Both the position numbers and the translations under genes were made by a program. This document shows positions 12,609 to 25,199 of a DNA stretch of 64,000 bases, piece after piece (the first letter of the stretch is position 1; each line of letters starts with the position of its first letter). Source of the DNA: Octopus sinensis (Eukaryota). The stretch covers positions 1 to 64,000 of the forward strand of contig NC_042999.1 of the NCBI RefSeq assembly GCF_006345805.1. The letters run 5' to 3'. The notes under the pieces were generated by a model. The model saw only the letters and a list, made by a program, of their open reading frames with translations. It was not told the origin of the DNA and made no database searches.

Positions 12609-13442
12609 TCATTTAGCATTAAACTGGCCACATCCAACCCAGATGCTCTACCAGTTTTATGTTTATACTGGCCAGATCCAGCCCAGATGCTCTACCAGTT
12701 TTATGTTTAAACTGGCCAGATCCAGCCCAGATGTTCTACCAGTTTTATGTTTATACTGGCCAGATCCAGCCCAAATGTTCTACCAGTTTTATGTTTAAAC
12801 TGGCCAGATCCAGCCCAGATGTTCTACCAGTTTTATGTTTAAACTGGCCAGATCTAGTCCAGATGTCCTACCAGTTTTATGCTTAAACTGGCCAGATCCA
12901 GCCCAGATGTTCTACCAGTTTTATGTTTAAACTGGCCAGATCCAGCCCAGATGTTTGTTCTACCAGTTTTATGTTTAATCTGGCCAGATCCAGCCCAGAT
13001 GTTCTACCAGTTTTATGTTTAAACTGGCCAGATCTAGTCCAGATGTCCTACCAGTTTTATGCTTAAACTGGCCAGATCCAGCCCAGATGTTCTACCAGTT
13101 TTATGTTTAAACTGGCCAGATCCAGCCCAGATGTTCTACCAGTTTTATGTTTAAACTGGCCAGATCCAGCCCAGATGTTCTACCAGTTTTATGTTTAAAC
13201 TGGCCAAATCCAGCCCAGATGTTCTACCAGTTTTATGTTTAAACTGGCCAGATCCAGCCCAGATGTTCTCTCAGTTTTATGTTTGAACTGGTGTGATCTG
13301 GCATCTCACACCTACCCAACATTGTTATAAAAATATACAATCACATCATCTAAATTTCAAAATTATGAGATAATGCATGATGAATTCAAAACAATGAATA
13401 AATACGCATTAAATTTGTGCTAGTAATCTGAAAGCTAAAAGA
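12609..13442 (+). mobile_element. piggyBac-like MITE containing a 44-bp tandem array
   Basis: Decayed TTAA-flanked ends; the body is homologous to 40015-40496. Confidence 0.6.
12618..13298. repeat. 44-bp minisatellite, about 15 copies
   Basis: Head-to-tail unit TTAAACTGGCCAGATCCAGCCCAGATGTTCTACCAGTTTTATGT with no spacers. Confidence 0.95.
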
Positions 13443-13501
13443 TTGATGTTCATCTTTCAGTGCTGGCATGGGTTAGACAGAATTCATTGGCCATGCCTGT
13501 A

Positions 13502-13905
13502 CTTACTCTTTTACTTGTTTCAGTCATTTGACTCTGGCCATGCTGGGGCACCACCTTTAGTCAAGCAAATCGACGCCAGGACTTATCCTTTGTAAGCCAA
13601 ATACTCATTCTATTGGTCTCTTTTGCCGAACTGCTAAGTTATGGGGATGTAAACACACCAGCATTGTTTGTCAAGTGATGTTGGGGGTACAAACACAGAC
13701 ACATAAACACACACACACATATATACATATACATATATACGACAGGCTTCTTTCAGTTTCCGTCTGCCAAATCCACTCACAAGGCTTTTGGTCGGCCTGA
13801 GGCTATAGTAGAAGACACTTGCCCAAGGTGCCATGCAGTGGGGCTGAAACCAGAACCATGTGGTTGGTAAGGAAGCTACTTACTACACAGCCACTCCTGC
13901 GCCTA
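13502..13905 (-). mobile_element. SINE family A
   Basis: Full-length reverse copy. Confidence 0.85.
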
Positions 13906-14245
13906 TTACCTGTTATTGCTTGTACTTGTTATTATAGAAGAAAGAAAGAATGTAAGGGTCACAGTGAAACTTGGACTACATTAGATTAGAGGAGGTGGAG
14001 GTCACAGAGGGACTTCTGTCAGTGTCATCTGAAAGAAAGCAAGCCTAAAGTTGAGAAACATGAAGTGTGTAGGCAAGTAGCTTGGTTAGGAAAATTTCAT
14101 TCAAATGCACAATTCAAATCTTCGCTGATGATAATAAGTGCAACGATTTTGTTTTTATCAAACTTCCACCAGATGATGGATACTGGGGGGATGATTTAGA
14201 ACATGTTTCTATTTCGATATGGCTGTACAGAATCCACAATAGGCA

Positions 14246-14406
14246 TAGGAGTGGCTGTGTGGTAAGTAGCTTGTTTACGAACCACATGGCTCCGGGTTCA
14301 GTCCCACTGTGTGACACCTTGAGCAATTGTCTTCTACTATAGCCTCGGGCCAACCAAAGCCTTGTGAGTGAATTTGGTAGACAGAAACTGAAAGAAGCCC
14401 GTTATA

Positions 14407-14447
<41 letters not shown>

Positions 14448-14677
14448 GTGTGTGTGTGTGTGTATGTTTGTGTGTCTGTGTTTGTCCCCCCAACATCGCT
14501 TGACAACCAATGCTGATGTGTTTACGTCCTCGTAACTTAGCGGTTCAGCAAAAGAGACTGATAGAATAAGTACTAGGCTTACAAAGAATAAGTCCTGGGG
14601 GTCGATTTGCTCGACTCAAGGCGGTGCTCCAGCATGGCCACAATCAAATGACTGAAACAAGTAAAAGAGTAAAAGAG
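14246..14677 (+). mobile_element. SINE family A
   Basis: Full-length copy. Confidence 0.85.
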
Positions 14678-14679
14678 TA

Positions 14680-14781
14680 CACCATTGAAATCTTGAAGCT
14701 ACAAGATAATGTGCGATTAATTCAAAACAATGTGAATTATATAGGCAATGCATTTGACAGAGAAGTTGAAACGCTGAAGGG
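14680..14781 (+). mobile_element. piggyBac-like MITE right-end fragment
   Basis: Homologous to the 3' half of 40015-40496; ends AAGGG|TTAA. Confidence 0.55.
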
Positions 14782-15516
14782 TTAAAACTGGTGGATCACC
14801 AAACATTTAGCTGAAGTACCATAGATTTTGAGAAGCGCGTAGGAGTATTGAGCTGCTTGCAGTTGATTAGGGAATACTGATGCAGTGTATGGATATGTGT
14901 GGTGGTGGGGGTTAGTGTGTAGTGGAGTGTGTGAGGGGGTGTTTGTTTAGGCCAGGCAATGCAATAAAAGCAGGGGTGATCATAGTTTGGTAAAAGCAAA
15001 CGTTTAGACGTGCGGAAAAGATCAGGGATGTTTGGAGATTTCTGTATCGATCAGGGATATGAGCCATAAAAGCCAACTAGCAATAAAATAATAAAAGATC
15101 ATTTTATTCCATGCTTATATCATGGATAAATAAATGTAAAAGAGATTTTATATGCTCTTTTCATATTTTATAGACTTACCAATATCCCTGTTGCCTTTAA
15201 TCATTGAAAGGGACGACACTAAACATATTACGGTCTTCTATATGTTGTCTTTCAACTCTTTCATATTAGACTTTAGATCCAGCTTTCAAACTTCCGTAGC
15301 AATTTTTTTTTCCATATTTCTAATGGATTCTTTAATTCAAATTTTATCAATCACGTATCCAAAGTTTTCAGATGTATATTACTGTATTACATTGAATTCT
15401 GTCAATTCTAACATTAGCTACTTTGACACAAAGTTGGATGTTCAGAAGAGCTCCCTATGAATGGCCCTTTAAGTAAATTTATCAATGTCCATACTCTGTT
15501 TCAGAAACTATGTGGA

Positions 15517-16377
15517 TTTTCACTCAATCATTTTATGTCAATTGTTCTCAACCACTTTAACTCAATCATTCTCATGCAATCATTTCACTCAATTATTATC
15601 ACACAAGCATTATCTTTCAATCGTTTTCACTCAATCATTCTCATGCAATCATTTTCACTCAGTCATTTTACTAAATCATTTTCACTCAATCATTATCACT
15701 CAATCATTTTCACTCAATCATTCTCACTCAATTATTCTTATGCAATCATTTTTGCTCAATCACTGTCGCTCAATCATTCTCACTCAATCATTATCACTCA
15801 ATCATTCTCACTCAATCATTCTCATGCAATCATTTTCACTCAGTCATTTTCACTCAATCATTTTCACTCAATCATTTTCACTCAATCTTTCTCACTCACT
15901 CACTCATTCTCATTCACTCATTCTCACTCAGTCTTTTTCACTCAATCATTCCCACTCAATTATTTTCACTCAGTCATTCTCACTCGATTATTTTCACTCA
16001 ATCATTATTACTCAATCATTTTCAGTCAATCATTCTCATGCAATCATTTTCATTCAATCATTCTTATACAATCATTTTCACTCAGTCATTCTCACTCAAT
16101 CATTTTCACTCCATCATTCTCACTCAATCATTCTTATACAATCATTTTCGCTCAATCATTCTCACTCAATCATTTTCACTCAATCATTTTCACTCAATCA
16201 TTCTCACTCAATTATTCTTATGCAATCATTTTCGCTCAATCATTCTCACTCAATCATTTTCACTCAATCATTTTCACTCAATCATTTTCACTCAATCATT
16301 CTCACTCAATTATTCTTATGCAATCATTTTTGCTCAATCACTGTCGCTCAATCATTTTAACTCAATCATTCTCACTC
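15517..16377. repeat. 14-bp minisatellite, about 60 copies
   Basis: Unit CACTCAATCATTTT/CT with recurring variants (CATGCAATC, TATACAATC). Confidence 0.95.
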
Positions 16378-16637
16378 GCCCAAACGTAAAGCACAATAAA
16401 ACTTAAACAAATGCTCTCTGACGTTGACAAATGTAAAATATCTATATCTCTTTTTTTGTAGTTTTAATTCCAGTTATTTCTTTTGTCGGCTGTTCACTTG
16501 AAATACTAAACATCAGCAAGTCTGACATCTTTGTGCAGAATGAAACTCATATTGTTAGATTTAATGCTTGTTTTACACCTCTACTTTTGTTTTTGTTGTT
16601 CTTGCTGTTATTAACATCATCATCATGATCACCATCA

Positions 16638-16687
<50 letters not shown>

Positions 16688-17649
16688 TGGTCCATTACGA
16701 ATGTTGTAATTCACTTAGCTAACATTACAGTACACATACACACACATATATATATATTATATTCCGCATAACAGTGGAAGTTGAAGCAATGTGAAAAATG
16801 TGATAAATAGCTAATGCTATTAGAATTTGCCTTATCTTGTTTGTATTCTATTGTAAATTTTAGTATTAAAACTATTGAAATACCAGGCACTCGTCTGTAA
16901 GCAATATTCCAGTAAATGTAATTTTGTATTCTAATTTATGGTGTTATCCTTCTTCTTTCTTGCTTTACTGAAGGACTTCTAATGATGAAGAGTTAAAAAT
17001 GGTGCCTGTATGTGGTTGTTTGACCTGCTGGAAATAACAACCAAGTCCCTTCAAATCACATCCAAGTGTCTTCTATTACAGCCTGCGGCTGACCAAAGCC
17101 TTGTGAGTGGATTTGGTAGACGGAAACTGAAAGAAGCCTTTCATATAAATGCATACATACATAATCATTGCCTGCTTCACAGTTGTTGCCTGTGAGTGTT
17201 GGGCCTCACGGAAGCAAAGTGGCTGAGGTCCTTTTGACCATTGGGCCTCACGGAGGCAAAGTGGCTGGGGTCCTTTTGAGCATTGGGCCGATAGAGGCAA
17301 AGGGGCTGAGTTCCTTTCGTGTGTTGGGCCTCATGGAGGCAAAGTGGCTGAGTTCCTTTCAAAACTATCCAATCCATGCCAGCATGGTCAATGGAAGTTA
17401 AATGATGATGATGATGATGAGGGTGGATGAGTGTATACATATAGACACATGTACGTAGGTGTGCAGGCACACGTGTAGGTATGGATATGCATGCTTACGT
17501 GAATACTATGAGCCTTTTTACCCCCTTACTTTTACTCCCTCCCCTCACTTAACGGTCGTTCAAATAGCTCTTTTGTCTTAATAATGGTCAATCACACAGT
17601 AATTTCCATTTGTATAACAGTATTTTTCATAGCATTTTTCCGATGGCCA

Positions 17650-17710
17650 GATAACTGAAGAGATGGCGGCGTGGATTTCCACCCCAACATCCGAAACTCT
17701 GAGTTTTATC
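17650..17710 (+). ncRNA. Hammerhead ribozyme-like motif
   Basis: gataa-CTGAAGA-gatg..catc-c-GAAAC-TCTGA-GTT-ttatc. Perfect 5-bp stem I. Confidence 0.6.
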
Positions 17711-17747
17711 ATGGCTACTGAATAATTGTCACATATTACATTTACAG

Positions 17748-17785
<38 letters not shown>

Positions 17786-17791
17786 TATATA

Positions 17792-18102
17792 GGAGGCGCA
17801 ATGGCCCAGTGGTTAGGGCAGCGGACTCGCGGCTGTAGGATCGTGGTTTTGATTCCCAGACCAGGTGTTGTGAGTGTTTATTGAGCGAAAACACCTAAAT
17901 CCCCACGAGGCTCCGGCAGGGTGGTGGTGGCGATCCCTGCTGTACTCTTTCGCCACAACTTTCTCTCACTCTTTCTTCTGTTGGCTTGCTCGCTTAGCCA
18001 GCGTGGTGGCGTCGTTTGAAGGCTAAAACAATGCAAAGCGCATTGTGACCAGCGATGTGTAACAACATCTGATAGCCTGGTCGGTCACGGTGATCATGGT
18101 GA
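17792..18102 (+). mobile_element. tRNA-headed SINE, family C
   Basis: GGAGGCGCAATGGCCCAGTGGTTAGGGCAGCGGACTCGCGG head. Reverse copies at ~19895-20203, 40603-40893 and 53003-53301. Confidence 0.8.
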
Positions 18103-20939
18103 TATATATATGTATATATTTATATATATATATATATAAGCTCAGTAAAATTTAGATTCAGGTGAATATGGTACTTAAGTTAAAGGCACCATAATTTAGT
18201 ATGGTATTATCCATATAATTCAAAATGGGGTGATTATAATCAAAATAAGCAACAAAGATATCCAAAGGTAATGCAGTACGATCATTTCATGCGACTAAGT
18301 GGAGTTGCATGAAACGATCATACTGCATTACCTCTGGCTATCCTTGTTGCTTATTTTGATTATATATATATACACATATCTATATGTGTGTGTGTGTGTC
18401 TATATAAATATATGCATATATATATATGTGTGTGTCAGTTCTTCCCACCTTCCTGCCTCCACCATTCAACAACTGGTGGCGATGCATTTATTTCCCTGTA
18501 ACTTAGCAGTTTGGCAAACAAAGACTGATAGAAGAAGTACCAGGCTGGAAAGAATTAGTACTGGGATTGATTCATTTGACTAAAAATCCTTTGAGGTAGT
18601 GCTCCAGCATGGCCACACCACAGTCTACTTATTTACTGAAACAAGTAAAAGATAAAGGACAGAAGATACAAAAGGATTGGATGGGTGGTCATAACTGGAG
18701 CTCCTTTGATTATAGGTCTGCTCAGCCTGAGCTGACTCGAGGCTAAATAACAGGTAATAATATTCATTTTGTATTGAAAATGGTCCAATTTTGTTTCTTT
18801 GTATGGAGGCTTTTGGCAAGTGTTGTCTTGCTCTGCTTACCTGTTCCATTGCTACACTGAAATAGTGTGGTCTGTTTTTTTGTTTTGTTTTTACATGGCT
18901 TTAATAGAGCTGTTTCTGTCTTTGTAAATCACCATTGAAACTCCTCAAACAAAAAAAAAAGGATATATCATTATTCAGAAATGTTTTTGCTGAGAACTTC
19001 TCTGGTAAAAAAATAAAAAAACAGAAATAAAAAATAAAAAATAAATAAAGAAAAAAAACACAACAGTAGTAGTAGTAGTAGTAGTAGTTGTAGTTGTAGT
19101 AGTAGTAGTACAAGAAGGAGAAGAGGAAGAAGAAGAAGAGAAAAAAGAAGAAGAAAAGAAAGAAGTAGAGGAGAAAAAGAAGAGAAAGAAGAGAAGTAGA
19201 AGAGAAAGAAGAAGAGGAGGAGGAGGAGGAGAAGAAGAAGAAGAGAAAGAAGAAGAAGAAGAAGAAGAAGAAGAAAAAACAGCAAAAGTATGAAAAATTT
19301 CTTGTATGGAACTCTAAGGCTGGAATTGTTTGAGGGAAATAAAATATAAAAAATAAATGGAAATAAAACAAAGGACAAAAAAAGAATAATAATTTGTTCT
19401 TTCCTAGTTTATTATTATTATTAAAATTTTTTTTTTTGTTAAAAATTCTAAGGAAAATAAAATATATTTTTAAAGAATATAAAATAAAGTAAATATTTCA
19501 TCTTGGCACTGATAACATTTCGGCTTTGTGAGAGAAAAAAAAAAATTGAAAACTATTGAAGATTAAAGGCAGTGCTCCAGCATGGCCACAGTCACATGAC
19601 TGAAACAAGTAAAAGAGTAAAAATTAATAAAATGGGTTTGTCTTTGTGTTTTGCAGCCTTTCTTTTTCTGGCAACAAGTATGTAGCTGTTGCAGACACTG
19701 TGTTAATCTTTTATTGTCTTAAGGATATATCATAATGGTTAGCAGAAAAATAGAGAACTTTCTATTAATGCATTATTTACAGAAATTGTATTATTTCAGT
19801 TGGATAAGATTTTATTTTGTGAAGAAAGTGAAGAATTATATTTGTCCTTTTTAAAATGTTTCTCTTGCAATGGGGCAGTTTATAGAATTGTTGGTTTGTT
19901 TGTTTGTTCCTTCTCGAGCCATGCCAAGCTCATAATCGCCGGTTCCCGGTTTCAATAGCATATAGGTTCCCCACATGGATGGGACCCCGGTCCGTCACAG
20001 GTGAGCTGCAAGATGCAGGAGGAAAGAGTGAGAGAAAGTTGTGGCGAAAGAGTCAGCAGAAGTTCGCTATTACCTTCTGCCGGAGCCACGTGGAGCTTAG
20101 GTATTTTCGCTCATAAACACACACATCGCCCGGTCTGAGATTCGAACCCGCAATCCCTCAACCGTGAGTCCGCTGCTCTAACCACTAAGCCATGTGCTTC
20201 CACAAGAATTGTTGGTTACACTCAGAAAAATTCTTATTGTAATTTGTCTGTCCTTATGTTCTGAGTTCAAATTCTGCTGAGGTCGACTTTCCTTTTCATC
20301 CAGGGTTCTCTTTGTGTTTCGGAGCCTTTCTACTGGCAACTCTAGTATGTGGCCATTGCAAGCACTGTGTTAATCTTTTATTGTTTCAAGAATATATAGT
20401 AGCAGTCAGCGCAAAAATATGGAGCTTTCTATTTGTTATATTCTTTTCTACTCTAGGAACAAGGCCTGAAATTTGGTGGAGTGGGGTATGGGCTAGTTAA
20501 TTAGATTGACTCTAGTATGCTATATCTATGATCTAGCATAGTTTGTTTTCTTTCTCAATTAACACTATGTCCGTCTTCCTATTCTCTATCTCATGGTCAC
20601 ACTGAATCATAAGATCCCATAGGATCTTTGCATTTCTAATTTTGACAATGCCTTATTATTATTATTATTCAGTAGTTTTATTTTTATAGCGTGCTTTCAC
20701 TTCACTACCGAGCACAGCTCTGTGTGCCTTGGGTATGTGCTGTGATTTGTTGTGATGCTCTGATGGTTATTGTATGGAAAGTGTTCTGCGTAGGATGTGT
20801 GCAGTGCCTAGTAGTGCAATTTTCTGTATGTTATATGTGTTTGTAAGTCCTGGTGTTTTTGTTATGTATTTGTCTGAATATTTTTTTATCATGCCTAATG
20901 CACCTACTATGATTATTATTATTATTATTATTATTATTA

Positions 20940-20977
<38 letters not shown>

Positions 20978-21219
20978 GTCCTGGTTCTTGTCGTTGTTAT
21001 GTATCTATGATTTTCCTTTTGAAATACGATAAAGAATGACTATTATAGTGGTAACTAGTAAGTATTCTGCGATGTTTTTTTCTGTAAAGTTTTCTGTTGC
21101 TGCAGATTAAGATTTCAAAAACTGCTGGATTCAGTTTTAAAATTTCTTCTTGAATAATGACATTGAAGTTCTTCACTCTATCTGCATTTCTTTCCTGCAG
21201 ATTAAACTATTATTCTCAA

Positions 21220-21660
21220 ATACTCCCCCCCTCCTCCTCCTCCTTCTTCTTCTTCTCCTTCTCCTTCTTCTTCTTCTTCTTCTTTTTCTCCTCCTCCTCC
21301 TCTTTTTCTTCTTCTTCTTCTTCTTCTTCTTCTCCTTCTTCTTCTTCTTCTTTTTCTCCTCCACCTCCTCTTTCTCCTCTTCTTCTTTTTCTCCTCCTCC
21401 TCCTCCTCCTCTTCTTTTTCTCCTCTCTTCCCCCTCCTCCTCATCTACTACTACTACTACTATACTACTACTACTACTACTGTTCTTATTACCACCACCA
21501 CTGCTGCTACTCCACCACCACTTTTACTACTACTACTACTACTACTACTACTGTTCCTATTACCACCACCACTGCTGCTACTCCACCACCACTTTTACTA
21601 CTACTACTACTACTACTACTACTGTTGCTATTACCACCTCCACTGCTGCTACTCCACTTA
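21220..21660. repeat. Compound (CTT/CCT)n then (ACT/ACC)n simple repeat
   Basis: Direct reading. Confidence 0.9.
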
Positions 21661-22808
21661 ATCACTGGTTTGTCTGCAGGTTTTCCACTGAACAGCTTTG
21701 ATATTTTTCTTTTGCTTTTCTAGTGTAAAAGTTATTAGAATAATTTTCCCTGTAAACTCATGTTAAATAAAACTGGCTGAGTTACTTATTGGTTAATGTC
21801 TCGGAAAATAATCCATTAAAATTCTGTTGTCAGCATTGATTTCTCTTTTGTACTTTATTTAGACTGCACAATAGTTAAAGCTGTATCGCATTAGCAAGTA
21901 TGGCTGCGTGGGTAAGAAGCTTTCTTCATAGTCACATAGTTCAGGGTTCAATCCCTCTGCCTGACATCTTGAGCAAAGGGTGTTTTTATTATAGATCCGG
22001 ATCAACTTTAGGTCTCACCGAGGCAATGAATAGTGACCGAGACCTTTGGAAGTATGCTGTGCGTGAGAAGACCCTACAATGGAAATTGTAGTTGTGATAC
22101 CAATGCCGGTGGCAGGTAAAAGAATCATCCGAACGTGGTTGTTGCCAGCGCCGCCTTGACTGGCCTCCATGATGGTGGCATGTAAAAAGTACCAACTGAT
22201 CATGGCCATTGCCAGCCTCGCCTGGCACCTGTGCTGGTGGCACATAAAAAGCACCCACTACACTCTCGGAGTGGTTGGTGTTAGGAAGGGCATCCAGCTG
22301 TAGAAACACTGCCAGATCAGACTGGAGTCTGGTGCAGCCAGACTTCAGTCGAACCGTCCAACCCATGCTAGCATGGAAAGCGGATGTTAAACGATGATGA
22401 TGATGATGATGATTATCAGTGTATTTTGGTGATTTAAATAAGAGTTTTGACCGTTATTTCCAGCAGGTAGACATCCTTAATATGCCCTTTGATTAATTTT
22501 AATCCTTCAGCTATTTAATGCTTTCTTTGAGGGACCTGCAATAGCCTATATTATTCTGTTATTATCATTTTAAAATTGTTACACTTGATAATAATAGAGA
22601 CAATAATATCTTCATAAATATTTTCTCCTGAATTATTTGCTATGTGTTGAAATTATATGTATATGTATGTATGGGTGAATGAGTGTGTGTGTGTGTGTGT
22701 GTGTGCCATCACCATTGTCATCTTTTAACATCTGTTTTCCATGCAGGCATCTGTTGTGTGTAATTAAAAAAAATTAATCTTTGCCTGTGCATGGTTAGTG
22801 TGCGTGCA

Positions 22809-22839
<31 letters not shown>

Positions 22840-23130
22840 ATATATATGCATACACTTATATCATACATATATGTGTGTGTGTGTGTGTATCTTCATCATC
22901 ATCATCATCATCATCATCATTGTTTAATAACTGCCTTCCTTGATGGCATGTGTTGGACTATATATATATATATTATATATATACATAAATGTATATATAT
23001 ATATATATATATACATAAATGTATAATATATATATATACATAAATGTATATATATATATATATATACATAAATGTATATATATATATATATATATATATA
23101 CATACATATATACATACATATATATGCATA

Positions 23131-23167
<37 letters not shown>

Positions 23168-23548
23168 GTAAAAAAAAATATACATATACATATATATATA
23201 TATATATGTAAAAAAAAATATACATATACATATATATATATATAATGTGTCAAGAACTAAGTATATATGTGTGTGTGTGTGTGTATTTATTCAGTAAGAC
23301 GTGTAATTAAGTTCCTCTCTCCAATATCAGTTGGTGATGTTTAATCTATCAATACTCTAGATTTAAATAATTGTCAAATATCATTTTTGCATTTCTCACA
23401 TTCTTTCAATTATTTCATAGATTCTTTCACATGATGAATATTTTACTTCCAATTCTATCGATATCATAGTCACCTTTTTGCAAGTTGAACTTGCAAAATT
23501 GTTTTTTGGGTTTTCTTTTTTCCTTCTATTTTTTTCAAATTCTCAATA

Positions 23549-23735
23549 CTCTCTTTTACTCTTTTACTTGTTTCAGTCATTTGACTTCAGCCATGCTGGA
23601 GCACTACCTTTAATCGAGCAACTTGACCCCGGGACTTATTCTTTGTAAGCCCAGTACTTATTCTATCGGTCTCTTTTGCCGAACCGCTAAGTGATGGGGA
23701 CATAAACACACCAGCATCAGTTATACAAACTCTCT

Positions 23736-23769
<34 letters not shown>

Positions 23770-23942
23770 CATATATACAACGGGCTTCTTTCAGTTTCCA
23801 TCTACCAAATCCACTCACAAGGCTTTAGTCGGCCCGAGGCTACAGTAGAAGACACTTGCCCAAGGTGCCACGCAGTGGGACTGAACCCGGAACCATGTGG
23901 TTGGTAAACAAGCTACTTACCACACAGCCACTCCTGCGCCTA
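23549..23942 (-). mobile_element. SINE family A
   Basis: Full-length reverse copy. Confidence 0.85.
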
Positions 23943-24438
23943 TCAATGTTTCAATTACTTTGAAAAGTTATTTACAAATCAGAGCAACAGTACTTAATGT
24001 ATGTGGTTTCTTGGCTTCTAACCGGAATCTGATCAGTGTTTCGTTATTGACCAGTATGAGGTTTATGCAGTTTGATAACATTTGTGATGCAACCCAAAGC
24101 AAAAGCTCGACAAGGTTTATCTCACTGCTCATCATCTGAAACACAATTCCTACATGTCTTTGTAACCTAAAGAATAATGACCCTTACATGCTGAGGATCT
24201 TTCACATGCATACATATATATCATCATCATCATCATTTAACATCCGCCTTCCATGCTAGCATGGGTTGGACGATTTGACTGAGGTCTGGCGAACCAGATG
24301 GCTGCACCAGACTCCAATCTGATCTGGCAGAGTTTCTACAGCTGGATGCCCTTCCTAACACCAACCACTCCGAGAGGGTAGTGGGTGCTTTTACGTGCCA
24401 CTGGCACGAGGGCCAGTCAGGCAATGTATTATTTATAT

Positions 24439-24479
<41 letters not shown>

Positions 24480-25144
24480 AATAGTACATTTCTAAATCTC
24501 TTAGACCAATTTATGCAGTAGAAGCACGATAAAGTGATAGTATGTTGTTAACTTAATGTGAGAGTCCCATGAAAGGGAAGACTGCTACTGTTATTTAGCC
24601 CTAGGAAACACTGTTTCCTGTTGGACTTGACACATTTCATATAATATATATATATAACCATGTTTTTCCTTTGCTGCAGTGCACCTGTTTCTGTCTTCAT
24701 TCCTGATCTCTCTCTCTCTATCTGGCTGGATAACCTTGTACCTCCTCTACAGCAAGACACCTGTTTTTGTCTCTCTGTCTCACTATAACCTTTCATCATC
24801 TGACACAAAAATCACCTCCTGCAAGGCTCTCTCCCCTCTCGAAAGGGTTTTTATTTTTGTCTCTTGCAAGTGCTTGGAGACCCTGTCAGTGCAGGTACCG
24901 CTTAAAAGCACCCAGTCCACACTGTAAAAGTGGTTGGTGTTCGGAAGGGCATCCAGCTGTAAAAAACTTGCCAAAACAGTCACACAGAAGTCTAGTGCAG
25001 GGTCTGGCCGGCGCTTGTCAAACCATCCTACACATGCCAGTATGGAAGGTGGACATTAAACGATGATGATGATATATATATAAATTTCCTCTATTTACAT
25101 AATATTGAGGTCTCTTTCTTTCTTTTGTTATCTTACCGTTTTAT

Positions 25145-25199
<55 letters not shown>

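Noticed and set aside
12618-13298. 44-bp array as a CRISPR locus
   Set aside because: Units are head-to-tail with no unique spacers, there are no cas genes, and the context is a eukaryotic MITE.
14118-14215. Tandem hammerheads
   Set aside because: CTGATGA and CAGATGA are present, but GAAA and stems I/III cannot be built.
15457-16389. 310-aa and 291-aa ORFs
   Set aside because: They are translations of a 14-bp minisatellite that lacks stop codons on this strand.
17792-17862. tRNA gene (also 26052 and the family-A heads)
   Set aside because: A/B boxes are present, but each continues into a multi-copy SINE body, so these are SINE heads.
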